Virus record (IMG/VR): IMGVR_UViG_3300020036_004254
Origin: a virus
Taxonomy: Duplodnaviria > Caudoviricetes
Length of the DNA: 64,000 nucleotides
Reading direction: 5' to 3' (one strand)
Made by a program: the position numbers and the translations under genes. Under the pieces are notes generated by a model. That model was given only the letters and a program-made list of their open reading frames with translations, did no database searches and was not told where the DNA came from. This document shows positions 44,041 to 54,226 of this stretch, piece by piece; positions within the stretch are counted from its first letter, which is position 1, and every line of letters begins with the position of its first letter.

Positions 44041-45462
44041 ATGAAAAAAAGACAATCAAGGGGTTCGGTGAATATAGTACGTGGCGGTCCGCCGATTCTT
44101 CAAAGAACTGGCAATGATGTATTGATAGATGGGGTGTGGTATATCAACCAACCCCTTGCTCCGTCTCACACTCCTAGTGTAACCCCGACAACAAGTGCTT
44201 CTGTCTCGGTGACACCGTCTATCACACCCAGTGTAACAGTCACCCCATCAATCACCCCGAGTGTCTCGGTGACGCCGACAGTTACAAGAAGTGTAACCCC
44301 ATCGGTTACGCCGTCAGTAACGGTAAGTGTCACTCCATCAATCACCCCAAGTGTGACCCCAACGGTCACCTCAAGTGTATCTCCATCGGCAAGCCCGGGT
44401 ATATCAAGGACACCATCGGTCACACCTTCAGTAACAGCGAGTGTGACTCCGTCGATTACTCCTTCAATCACCAGAACACCATCGGTCACACCTTCAGTAA
44501 CAGCGAGTGTGACTCCGTCGATTACTCCTTCAATCACCAGAACGCCGTCAGTAACTCCGAGCATTACACCAAGTATAACCCCAACCGCAACGGCAAACGC
44601 ATCGCCGTCTCCAACTCCAACCCCAACCCCATCTACCGGAGCGCAAACGGTACAATTTCAATCGGACTTTGGATTTGCATTGGGAACAAGCACCTCTGCA
44701 AAAGGTGATAATGGAAAATGGGATTTGTTGGGTGGTTCTGGGCAAGAAGTTGTTGCCTCTACAGGGTTGGATTTCCCATCTACGAACGTGTGTAGATTTA
44801 CCGCAAACTATTCAAACAGTGGATTTGCTTTAAACCGTCACACAGGAATGCCAACTATACCCGCTGGGACTACTAGATATTACAGATGGTATGTTCGAAT
44901 GGAGTTTCCTGATGAGTTGGTTGGAAATGGTGACCACCCATGGCAAGATGGTAACGCAGTAGGAAGTTCTAACTGGATGGTTGGTGTGCATTATGGTTCC
45001 GATGTTGGTGGCGCACATGCCAGCGATTGGCAAATAGGTGCTATCATGTTGTTGGATACGGATGGGTTGTTTGATAACGGCCCGTGGTTGTCCAAGAGTG
45101 TTACCTATCGCGTAGAAGTGGCGGTACATAACATTGACGACTCACAATATAACTATAGTCAGCGTGTTTATGCCAGTGACGCCGATGGTGGTGCATTGCT
45201 ATATAGTGCATCTGATTTCCCCGCCGATGCGGGTGGTGGAACTCTTGCAACACGAGGGCCATGGAACTGGGATAACTTGGCATGGTCTGACGGACTTAAC
45301 TGCGGAACTAACGATTTTGAAACCGCTGGAAACGAGTCATGGTGGAATGTTGGTTCCCCGACCTTCCTTTATGGTTATCAAGGATGCTTCCTTGTGCTTG
45401 ATAGAACAGAAAGTATTTCAGCCGGAACATGGGTTGGTCCATACGGGGCTATCGATGCCTAA
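44041..45462 (+). CDS. mucin-like stalked virion protein C
   Basis: MKKRQSRG...[21 protein letters not shown] tract, head domain paralogous to A and B. Confidence 0.8.
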   Translation: MKKRQSRGSVNIVRGGPPILQRTGNDVLIDGVWYINQPLAPSHTPSVTPTTSASVSVTPSITPSVTVTPSITPSVSVTPTVTRSVTPSVTPSVTVSVTPSITPSVTPTVTSSVSPSASPGISRTPSVTPSVTASVTPSITPSITRTPSVTPSVTASVTPSITPSITRTPSVTPSITPSITPTATANASPSPTPTPTPSTGAQTVQFQSDFGFALGTSTSAKGDNGKWDLLGGSGQEVVASTGLDFPSTNVCRFTANYSNSGFALNRHTGMPTIPAGTTRYYRWYVRMEFPDELVGNGDHPWQDGNAVGSSNWMVGVHYGSDVGGAHASDWQIGAIMLLDTDGLFDNGPWLSKSVTYRVEVAVHNIDDSQYNYSQRVYASDADGGALLYSASDFPADAGGGTLATRGPWNWDNLAWSDGLNCGTNDFETAGNESWWNVGSPTFLYGYQGCFLVLDRTESISAGTWVGPYGAIDA

Positions 45463-45499
45463 ATGTTGTATAAATAGTCATACATCTTAACCGTCAATT

Positions 45500-47191
45500 A
45501 TGCCCACACTACTTAAGTTGAGAACAGAAGCGGCTCGCTCATTCCTGAGAGACGTAACGAACGAGAATGATGTTTTTCATATCTTTTTCGGCAAAACGGA
45601 CCCTTGGGACGACGATAACGCACCACCAGCGGTAACCGATACACGGTTGACGGATGCTGACGCACACGCAAACATTCTTGCAGTAAAGAGAATTGGTATT
45701 AATGATGTGGCATACTTAATCCCCAACGTTGTGTGGGACTCAACTGCCCTAACGGTGTATGACCGTTATACGGACAACGCAGACTTGTCTGAGTTGAATT
45801 TTTATGTGTACAATGACAGCAACTATTGCATTTACAAATGTTTGAATAGACAAGATTTGATTGACGGCAATGCCGGGGTGTTGTTTCCAGAGGCGGCGGT
45901 TGATGGAGATTATTACACCAGCGGTCTTTACAAGTGGAAAAAGGTTGACGGGTCGTGGAATCTTGTGTCTACTGTTATCCCCAGTGATTCAACCGGGACA
46001 GAAAAGTTCAACACGGTTGATGGATACTGGTGGAAAATGGTATATAAGATTCCAGACGCAGACCGGGAAAAGTTTGCCACAGCGGATTATCTCCCGGTGC
46101 GATTTATTCCTTCAAGCACATTGTTTGATGTCATGGGACACATTCCTGTGGTTGGTGGAATCACTATTACCAACCCGGGAAGTGGGTATACCACCGCACC
46201 AACTGTTATTATCACCGGAGACGGAAGTGGAGCATACGCGACGGCGTCGGTCAATAAATACGGTGAAGTAATAGATATCCAAGTTATTGCCGAGGGTCAC
46301 GGGTATTCCTTTGCTATCGTAGATTTTGTTGGTGGTGGGGGAACAGGGTGTACTGCAACGGCAAATCTTGAACCAGATGGTCCTATTCCTGAAGACCCAA
46401 ATGTCATGGTTGCTTCTACGGCATTAGCAACCGCTGGCGCGATTGAATTTATTGACATTGAAGATGGTGGACAAAACTATTCCGCCACTTCGCAGTTTAC
46501 TGTTGAAGGTGATGGAGAGGGCGCAACCGTCATCGTTGTCATCAATGAAAGCGGGTCCATTGAATCGATTCAAACAAGTAACATGGGAACGGGTTATACC
46601 TATGCAAACATTGTATCTTCTGGGTCAGGAGAGAACGCAGTGTTGCGACCGATTATCAGCCCAATTTGGGGACATGGGGGAAATGTCCCTACCGAGTTGC
46701 TAGCCTCTATTGTGGGTATTGTTGTTGACGTTGAAACACCATTTACCCCACCAACCCCACAAGGTGATTTTTTCATCGGCAATGATTTCCGGCAAGTTGG
46801 TGTCATCAAAAACATTAGAGAATATGGGTTGTATGGAAATGTGTTTGTTGAAGACACCGGAGATTCGTGCTATAAGATTTCTGTAGTTGACATTTCGGCG
46901 TATAACATTGACGATGTGATTGTTAGTGATACGGGTGGTCGATTCATAGTAGTAGAAAAGAACCCATACCCTGAAACCAGTGTGGTCAAGCTTCTTCCCA
47001 TAACTGACAGTATCACTATTGACAGCGCACTGACCAACGAAACAACCTCATCTGCATTGGCGACTTTAATCGACGTTGTTTCGCCCGAGATAAATAAGAA
47101 AACGGGTGACATCATTTATCTGAAAAACCTATCCCCGTATACACGACAGCTTTATCAAACTGAGACAGTAAAACTTTATCTTCAATTCTAA
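45500..47191 (+). CDS. 8: baseplate wedge gp8-like protein
   Basis: GK..PW, YD.Y, FYV, YKCLN, DGY.WK..Y, GHG, NDFRQVG; late promoter TATAAATA at 45469. Confidence 0.85.
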   Translation: MPTLLKLRTEAARSFLRDVTNENDVFHIFFGKTDPWDDDNAPPAVTDTRLTDADAHANILAVKRIGINDVAYLIPNVVWDSTALTVYDRYTDNADLSELNFYVYNDSNYCIYKCLNRQDLIDGNAGVLFPEAAVDGDYYTSGLYKWKKVDGSWNLVSTVIPSDSTGTEKFNTVDGYWWKMVYKIPDADREKFATADYLPVRFIPSSTLFDVMGHIPVVGGITITNPGSGYTTAPTVIITGDGSGAYATASVNKYGEVIDIQVIAEGHGYSFAIVDFVGGGGTGCTATANLEPDGPIPEDPNVMVASTALATAGAIEFIDIEDGGQNYSATSQFTVEGDGEGATVIVVINESGSIESIQTSNMGTGYTYANIVSSGSGENAVLRPIISPIWGHGGNVPTELLASIVGIVVDVETPFTPPTPQGDFFIGNDFRQVGVIKNIREYGLYGNVFVEDTGDSCYKISVVDISAYNIDDVIVSDTGGRFIVVEKNPYPETSVVKLLPITDSITIDSALTNETTSSALATLIDVVSPEINKKTGDIIYLKNLSPYTRQLYQTETVKLYLQF

Positions 47192-47196
47192 GGCAC

Positions 47197-50100
47197 ATGA
47201 ATACAAATACTTTTCCGTATTTTAACGATTTTGTTCCAAACAAGAGATACTACGAAATCTTGTTCAAACCGGGATATTCGGTACAAGCTCGTGAGCTAAC
47301 ACAGCTTCAAACAATGTTGCAAAATCAGATTAAAGAGTTTGGAGATACTATCTTCAAGCAAGGAACAGTCATTACGGGTTGTGCGGAATCCCATAACTTC
47401 AAGACCCCGTTTGTCAAAATTGAAGACATCGATATTTCTGTTTACCCATTGTCATACTACGAAGGGATGACAGTTACCGCAACAAATGGTGTGAGTGCTG
47501 TCATCAAGAAGACCATTGCTGGTACAGAAGCAGAAAGTCCGAATCTAAACACGCTATACCTCCATTACACCTCAAACAACGTCACGGACACTGACCCGTC
47601 GTTGATTGGCACCATTTCGACATTTACCGCTGGGCAGGTCTTGACGGTAACAGGTGACAATGCTGGGGTAACTTCATTCACGGTTGCCGCAGTTACACCG
47701 ACCGGAGAAGGTTCGCTCTTTTCATTGAACGACGGAATTGTGTATGTAAACGGGCGATTCTTGGTCCACAGCGACCAGACCATTGTTATCGACAGATATT
47801 CCAGCACCCCGACACAGAAAGTTGGATTTCGTGTTGTTGAAGAAGTAGCAACGGCACTGGATGATTCCACCCTGAATGACCCAGCACAGGGTGCATACAA
47901 TTTTAACGCCCCGGGTGCAGACCGTTACAAGATTACCACGGAACTGTATTCATACAGTGGTGTTGGCGAAAAACCAGAAGACTTCTTCCTATTGTTTGAT
48001 GTGGAAAACGGAGTCATCAAACGCCGTTATGACAAAACACAATATTCTGAACTGAGCCGCGAGTTTGCCAACAGAACGTATGACGAATCTGGTGATTACA
48101 CCGTTCGTCCGTTTCCTGTTATCGTCAATGAACATTTGTTGGCTGATGCCAACCATGGAAAGTATACCGCATCAACCACCCCTGTTGGGGACGCGGGAAA
48201 GCTTGTTGTGGCCGTTGAACCCGGAAAGGCATTTGTTCGGGGTTACGAACATGAGCTATTTTCTTCGGAGTTTCTTGAGATTGATAAGAGTCTCGCCACC
48301 AACGTGAGTGAGAATCGCGGAACTAGCACATTTTACGGAAGTTACATTCTCGTATCATATGTTGTTGGACCATGGAGAATCAACACCAATACCCGGGTGA
48401 GCATTCGCAGTGCCGCGTACACGGGTTCATACCCAGCAATCGGTGGTGGCGGTGGTTCGGAAATCGGAACTGCCAGAATTCGAAATATTCAATATGAAAG
48501 CGGAACCATTGGAACCGTTGGTGCGGTATATCGTCTGTACCTTCACGACATAACCTTTACTTCAGGTGGTGTTGGGAGCATTGGGGCGTTTTATTTGAGT
48601 GAGGGTTACGGAAGTTACGCGAACGTTTCTGGCACACCGTTGTTCTTGGAAACCAAGTTTGTTGCGCCAATTTTCCCGTTGACTCAGAAAAACGTGGAAA
48701 CGTTGGGCGACACCTCATATGTGTACAAGAAACTATTCACCGAGAAGGCGGTTAGTGGTGCTGGTATCGTTTCCCTATCATTGTCTTCGGATGAGGAATG
48801 GGCGTTCAGCACAGTCAGCGATAGCATTCTTGACGAAGACATTCGCGTTACGTTGGTAGAACCCGGAACGGGTTTGGGTACGTCTGGCACAACATTTGAC
48901 CTTGCGTCTGCCGATGTAACACGAACCTCGGCACAAGCTCTCACTATTGATTTGAATGCCACACCAACAGGTTCTCCGACCGTTGATGTGTTGATTAGCG
49001 TTCGAACTGGTGTTGGCATCGCCCAACAGAAAACTCTACGGTCAAATCGCTATGTGAAGATTCAAGCCAGCGGAGAAGGTCCGTTTAGTCTTGGGTTGCA
49101 CGATGTTATTTCCATTGAAAAGATTTGGGCCGCAACGGGTCCAGTGTCTTATCCAACGGTAGACCCTGAAAGCGATGACGCAACATGGGATGACGTAACT
49201 TCATGGTTTGATTTGGACAATGGACAGACGGATACGATGTACAATCTCGCGTCTATCTCCAAGAACAACGCAGAAACAATCAACGGGTTGTACTTGATTG
49301 TCAAATTGAACTATTTTGAACATGCTTCGAGCGGCGGATTCTATTCGGTCGATTCGTACCCATTGCCTATACAGGGGGAACTACCAACCGCTGACCAGAT
49401 TCAGTGGCATGATATTCCAACGTACACAACCAGCGCAGGAATCACCTTCAATCTCCGAGATTGTGTGGATTTCCGTTTGACAGTGGCGAACACGGCGTTG
49501 GACGCTGATAACATTGCTGGGGCAACAATTACACCAACCTCAACGGTGGTGTTTGCCTCAGGGGTAACATCACCTGTACCAACCGAAACATTCATTACTG
49601 ACATTACCTACAATCTTCCTCGCATTGACCGAGTCATTTTGGACAATGCCGGAACATTCAGCGTGGTGTCTGGAATTGCATCAGAGCGTCCGACGACCCC
49701 AAGACAACCAGATAACGCAATGACGTTGGCGATAATCAATATCCCAGCGTTCCCGGCGTTGTCACCATATTACGCACGACAGGTCGGTAAACTTGAATGT
49801 GCCACAACCATCGTGTTTGTGGATAACAGCCGTTTTACTATGCGTGATATCGGGGCTATTCAGCGCAGAGTAGAACGTCTAGAAAAATACGCCTCGCTTT
49901 CTGTGCTTGAGCAACAGGCGGCGTCAATGTTGATTGCCGACAACTCTGGAAACGATAGATTTAAGAATGGTATCATGGTGGACCCATTCACCGGACACAG
50001 TGTTGGTAATGTGTCAAATGAAGATTATGCATGTTCTATTGCACGTGGAGAGGCCCGACCATTCTTCAACTTGGATAACATCGGGATGGAATACGATGAT

Positions 50101-52713
50101 TCTTCAACGGATGTTGTAAGAAAGTCAAATGATAAGGCCGTGGTTGTTCGACAGGTGCTAGTTGGCGCACTGAGCTTTGTTGATGGAGAGGAAATCACCA
50201 CCGATGGTGGTGGAACCGCTACTTTGCGATACTCTGCACTTATCGTTTCAGACGATGAGTATCAGTGGGTGCGTTTGTATTTGGAAGAGGCCGCTGGTAT
50301 TATCAGCAACGGAAGTATTGTCACTGGCGAAACTAGTGGGGCAACCGGAACTATTCCAACGTCCACCCCGGTCGTCGCAGGAACAACGTTCCCAGAGCTT
50401 GTTACAACACCCACAGACGGAAATCTCGTCACCCTGCCGTATACCCATGTGGTGTATGCAGAAAGCCCGTATGCAACCAAGGCTAGAAACTGTTCAAGTC
50501 AGATTCTTTTCTCTTTTGAAGGTTCTATGGAACTTTCTCCAAAGAGTGACGAGTGGCCTGACACTTCTATTCGCCCAGAAATTCTGTTCAACACCGATGG
50601 AATTTCTGATAACTGGGTTTCTATGGCAACCCCGTGGGGAAGTCAGTGGGAAAACTGGAAGACGTTGTGGCAGAAGTACGATGCAACAACTCAAGATACC
50701 CGTAATGCCTCTATCGACCCTTCTGTGTTGACTACGTCACAACGGCAGTTGAGAGACGGTATTGCATTGAGCTTGGAAGAAAGCAAGAACGCTAACATTA
50801 TTCCATACATGAGAAGCGTTGTTATCACATTTTCCGCAACTCGTTTGAAGGCATACACCACGGTGTATCCGTTCTTTGACGGGGTGGATGTGTCATCACA
50901 TTGCAAACTGGATTCGGTTGACGAATACGGCACATCATTGGTGACGGATGCGTCAGGGTCGGTGGTTGGACAATTCCGTATTCCGGCTGAAACCTTCATG
51001 GCGGGAAGCAAGAACTTTGTACTTTCTGATGTGAGCAGTGACCCATTCTCGTTGAGTGCAACGACCATGGCCTATGCCGCATATACATCAAGCGGCGACC
51101 GCTTGTTTGACGAAAGCACCATTCTCAGCACACAGAAACCAGAAACCACCTTTGATTTCCAGCGTACCTCTCAAAACACCGCTGTGGAACGTGTGTCAAC
51201 CACCAGCGATTCAATCTCACAGACCATTGACCCGATTGCTCAGACATTCTTCGTTAGCAATAGCGAAGGTGGTGTAGTATTGACAAAAATTGGGGTATAC
51301 TTTAAGAGCAAGTCACTAACCTCACCCATTACACTACAGCTACGGGAAACCAAAAACGGGTTCCCCACAGAAACCATTCTACCGTACAGCACGGTTACAC
51401 TCTCCCCAGAGGATGTTAACGTTTCTGACGATGGTTCTGGGGTTACGGAATTCACGTTCCCATCCCCGGTGTATTTGAAGAACAATACTGAGTATGCATT
51501 TGTGTTGCTTCCAACAGGAAATGATGATGGTTACGAAGTTTGGGTTGGCGAACTTGGCCAGCTAGAGGTTGGCACCACGAACATTGTCGATAAACAGGCA
51601 AATGCGGGTGTCTTGTACGTGGCCGGAAACAACAGAACATGGACTCAGTTTATCAACGAAGACATTAAGTTCACTGCATTCCGTGGTGATTTCAGTGGGT
51701 CGGGTACACTCGTCCTTCGAAATCTTCCAATGGAATACCTAACCTTTAGTAACATGTCTGGGGTGTTTTATCCCGGGGATGTGGTTGTTGGAAGCGAAGC
51801 GGGTGCAGGAGAAGGTATCATTCAATACTTCGATTACGAAACCAACGAAGCACAGGTACTTGTTACCTCAGGCTCTTTTGGTGACGTTTCCGGGGTTGAT
51901 GCGATTACCTGTACTCACCCAGATGAAGTTTTGACGGCGGATACACTCTCGGTGAAGAAAGCCGTGGATGCGTTGTCCCCAACTCTGTCCTTCTTGAATT
52001 TCAACAATACCGTCATTACATGGGGATATAAGATTTACAAGTATGACGGAACCCCGTTCAATCTGGGTGACGGCCTTGGATACACGGACCTGTCAAGCAC
52101 TGGAACCGTAGAAATGTTGCAACCCATGGCGGTTTTCTCGGATTCTCAAAACCCGTCTTCATTCATGATGCAAGCCGAGCTATCAACAAACGCATCCAAC
52201 ATTTCTCCTATTGTGGATTTGGAAAAGGTGGGAAGTGTTATTATCACCAATGCGATTAACAACCCAAGCGGGGTGTTAACCTCGGAGGCTGATAACGGCG
52301 GAACAGCACAATCACGATACATTTCACGTACTGTGATTTTGGATGACGGACAAGAAGCAGAAGACTTGATGGTATTTCTATCTGCCTCAATTCCTTCAGA
52401 TACGTCTATTGCAGTTTTTGCTAAACTTTCTGCGCCAGACGAAACCATTACCTTCAGTGACCGCCCATGGACCTTGTTGACCGAGAATGTGGTCAATGGT
52501 ATTGGGGAATACGCTGAACGATATTACACCATTCCGACCACAGAAGGAGTTGCGGAAACTGGATATTTGGACGCAGGAATCTATAAATATGTTCGAGATA
52601 CCGTCACCCATAGCAAAATTAAATCATTTGCTGTGAAGATTGTATTTTTGTCCGATGATACCACTCGCGTTCCTAAAATTCGGGATTTGCGTACCATTGC
52701 TCTACAGGCATAA
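47197..52713 (+). CDS. large virion structural protein (DUF4815/VrlC-like)
   Basis: PY.NDF...YY.ILFKPG..VQARELTQLQ, APGADR, RTYDESGDY, FTMRDIG, RFKNG..VDPF, DPIAQTF, RDLR.IAL. Confidence 0.88.
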   Translation: MNTNTFPYFNDFVPNKRYYEILFKPGYSVQARELTQLQTMLQNQIKEFGDTIFKQGTVITGCAESHNFKTPFVKIEDIDISVYPLSYYEGMTVTATNGVSAVIKKTIAGTEAESPNLNTLYLHYTSNNVTDTDPSLIGTISTFTAGQVLTVTGDNAGVTSFTVAAVTPTGEGSLFSLNDGIVYVNGRFLVHSDQTIVIDRYSSTPTQKVGFRVVEEVATALDDSTLNDPAQGAYNFNAPGADRYKITTELYSYSGVGEKPEDFFLLFDVENGVIKRRYDKTQYSELSREFANRTYDESGDYTVRPFPVIVNEHLLADANHGKYTASTTPVGDAGKLVVAVEPGKAFVRGYEHELFSSEFLEIDKSLATNVSENRGTSTFYGSYILVSYVVGPWRINTNTRVSIRSAAYTGSYPAIGGGGGSEIGTARIRNIQYESGTIGTVGAVYRLYLHDITFTSGGVGSIGAFYLSEGYGSYANVSGTPLFLETKFVAPIFPLTQKNVETLGDTSYVYKKLFTEKAVSGAGIVSLSLSSDEEWAFSTVSDSILDEDIRVTLVEPGTGLGTSGTTFDLASADVTRTSAQALTIDLNATPTGSPTVDVLISVRTGVGIAQQKTLRSNRYVKIQASGEGPFSLGLHDVISIEKIWAATGPVSYPTVDPESDDATWDDVTSWFDLDNGQTDTMYNLASISKNNAETINGLYLIVKLNYFEHASSGGFYSVDSYPLPIQGELPTADQIQWHDIPTYTTSAGITFNLRDCVDFRLTVANTALDADNIAGATITPTSTVVFASGVTSPVPTETFITDITYNLPRIDRVILDNAGTFSVVSGIASERPTTPRQPDNAMTLAIINIPAFPALSPYYARQVGKLECATTIVFVDNSRFTMRDIGAIQRRVERLEKYASLSVLEQQAASMLIADNSGNDRFKNGIMVDPFTGHSVGNVSNEDYACSIARGEARPFFNLDNIGMEYDDSSTDVVRKSNDKAVVVRQVLVGALSFVDGEEITTDGGGTATLRYSALIVSDDEYQWVRLYLEEAAGIISNGSIVTGETSGATGTIPTSTPVVAGTTFPELVTTPTDGNLVTLPYTHVVYAESPYATKARNCSSQILFSFEGSMELSPKSDEWPDTSIRPEILFNTDGISDNWVSMATPWGSQWENWKTLWQKYDATTQDTRNASIDPSVLTTSQRQLRDGIALSLEESKNANIIPYMRSVVITFSATRLKAYTTVYPFFDGVDVSSHCKLDSVDEYGTSLVTDASGSVVGQFRIPAETFMAGSKNFVLSDVSSDPFSLSATTMAYAAYTSSGDRLFDESTILSTQKPETTFDFQRTSQNTAVERVSTTSDSISQTIDPIAQTFFVSNSEGGVVLTKIGVYFKSKSLTSPITLQLRETKNGFPTETILPYSTVTLSPEDVNVSDDGSGVTEFTFPSPVYLKNNTEYAFVLLPTGNDDGYEVWVGELGQLEVGTTNIVDKQANAGVLYVAGNNRTWTQFINEDIKFTAFRGDFSGSGTLVLRNLPMEYLTFSNMSGVFYPGDVVVGSEAGAGEGIIQYFDYETNEAQVLVTSGSFGDVSGVDAITCTHPDEVLTADTLSVKKAVDALSPTLSFLNFNNTVITWGYKIYKYDGTPFNLGDGLGYTDLSSTGTVEMLQPMAVFSDSQNPSSFMMQAELSTNASNISPIVDLEKVGSVIITNAINNPSGVLTSEADNGGTAQSRYISRTVILDDGQEAEDLMVFLSASIPSDTSIAVFAKLSAPDETITFSDRPWTLLTENVVNGIGEYAERYYTIPTTEGVAETGYLDAGIYKYVRDTVTHSKIKSFAVKIVFLSDDTTRVPKIRDLRTIALQA

Positions 52714-52715
52714 AT

Positions 52716-52910
52716 ATGAACGATAACTTTGTACGTGACCCTGCTTCATCGGCTCTTATCAACAACGACATCGTTGGTTTAGAAGCCTATAAGAAAAGAA
52801 AAGAGCAGGGGATGAAATTGGAACGAGTTTCTCGGGAAATGAGTACGCTACAAATAGAATTGGAAGAGATTAAATCTCTTCTTCACAAACTAATCAAAAC
52901 AAAGGAATAA
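52716..52910 (+). CDS. small coiled-coil protein typical downstream of VrlC-like genes
   Basis: VRD..S.ALIN....Y.K...EIKSLL. Confidence 0.8.
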   Translation: MNDNFVRDPASSALINNDIVGLEAYKKRKEQGMKLERVSREMSTLQIELEEIKSLLHKLIKTKE

Positions 52911-52913
52911 CAA

Positions 52914-53576
52914 ATGGCTATCACACCACTTTATACACTTCGAAGCGCGAAAGGAACGCCATTGACAAATGATGAGGTCGATGGTACGTTTCAATACCTC
53001 AAGGACGCCATCGATGCGTTGGAAGAGGGTGTCTTTTCGAACTCTGGTGAACTAGCCGGATTGTTGGGCGACGAAACAGGAAGCGGAAAGGCGGTATTCA
53101 ATACCAATCCGGTATTCGTGACCGGAGTATACACCACCTCTTTGTCTTTTGAAGTTTTCAATACCACCGCCACCACCATTAACGCCTTTGGTGCCGCCAC
53201 CACGATTAATTTTGGTGCGCCGGGATGTACCACCACGTTCCAAGGTGATGTCCGGGCAACTGGTGATTTGGTATCTGCCGCCTCATCTGATATTCGATTG
53301 AAGACCCGTGTGCGTCCGATTGAACATGCTCTTGAGCTTGTGGCGGCTCTCCGTGGTGTCACGTGGGAATGGAGAGAAGAGGTGAAGGATGCAGTCAAGC
53401 AAATGCCCAAGACTGGTCTTATTGCTCAAGAGGTTGAGACGGTATTTCCAGAAGTGGTCACTACACGAGAAGATGGGTTGAAGGCAATTCATTATGACCG
53501 CATCATTGGTTTGTTGGTCGAAGCAATCAAGGAATTGAATGAAAAGGTTGAACGTCTTGAGAACAAGGGTGTATAA
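52914..53576 (+). CDS. short tail fibre protein with intramolecular chaperone (peptidase S74) domain
   Basis: KGTPLTNDEVD N-terminus; SDIRLK...GLIAQEVE.VFPE.V...LVEAIKEL. Confidence 0.85.
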   Translation: MAITPLYTLRSAKGTPLTNDEVDGTFQYLKDAIDALEEGVFSNSGELAGLLGDETGSGKAVFNTNPVFVTGVYTTSLSFEVFNTTATTINAFGAATTINFGAPGCTTTFQGDVRATGDLVSAASSDIRLKTRVRPIEHALELVAALRGVTWEWREEVKDAVKQMPKTGLIAQEVETVFPEVVTTREDGLKAIHYDRIIGLLVEAIKELNEKVERLENKGV

Positions 53577-54173
53577 ATGACACTTCAGGGAAGTGGGCAG
53601 ATTAGCTTAAACGATATTCGGGTGGAAATGGGGGAGTCCGGGGGAAACTATTCTTTAACGGAACTTTCTACTGTCCCCAAACTGAATACCGGGGCGTCCC
53701 CACGCCCTGATGGTGCGGCACCTCATGCGATGTCTGAATTCTATAGTTACAATCATCTGACCAACGCATCACCGACCCCAACACCAACACCGACCCGTAA
53801 TGCGTCTCCGTCAGTCACCCCGACGTTGACCCCAACGGTGACCCCAACGGCAACACGCAATGCGTCTCCGTCAGTCACCCCATCGATTACGCCGTCTATC
53901 ACTCGCAATGCGTCTCCGACCCCGACGCCAACCCCGTCAACATGTTTTGCATTCTTCACGACTACGCTGTACACACAGCCGTCTGGAACAGACTGTAGCG
54001 GAGCATCTGGGGCGTTCACCGCATATCACAACACCTCCCCGATTGAATTTGGTACTAGAATCTACAGTGCATCTGGGTGTACGTCTCCCATCGATGGTCG
54101 CTTCACCGATTCTAGCCGAATCTACACATTGGTGACTGGTACGGTGACAAACATTGAGGATTGCGTTGCTTAA
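53577..54173 (+). CDS. fibre-tip/adhesin-like protein with TPS tract
   Basis: MTLQGSGQISLNDIR.E...MSEFY N-terminus, TPS tract, Cys-bracketed C-terminal domain. Confidence 0.7.
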   Translation: MTLQGSGQISLNDIRVEMGESGGNYSLTELSTVPKLNTGASPRPDGAAPHAMSEFYSYNHLTNASPTPTPTPTRNASPSVTPTLTPTVTPTATRNASPSVTPSITPSITRNASPTPTPTPSTCFAFFTTTLYTQPSGTDCSGASGAFTAYHNTSPIEFGTRIYSASGCTSPIDGRFTDSSRIYTLVTGTVTNIEDCVA

Positions 54174-54181
54174 TTTGAGTG

Positions 54182-54189
54182 TATAAATA
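54182..54189 (+). promoter_or_regulatory. T4-type late promoter for glycosylation operon
   Basis: TATAAATA 38 nt upstream of GTG 54227. Confidence 0.75.
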
Positions 54190-54226
54190 GAACCAGTCGG
54201 ATGACAACACACCTGAGGAGTTTCTA

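Noticed and set aside
38119-44564. Minus-strand ORFs rich in GVTDGV/GVIDGV
   Set aside because: They are antisense shadows of the TPS-coding tracts; codon variation preserves the + strand peptide.
38230-44640. TPS tracts as DNA-level tandem repeats or diversity-generating elements
   Set aside because: Third positions vary freely, so repetition is at protein level; no reverse transcriptase or TR/VR pair was seen.
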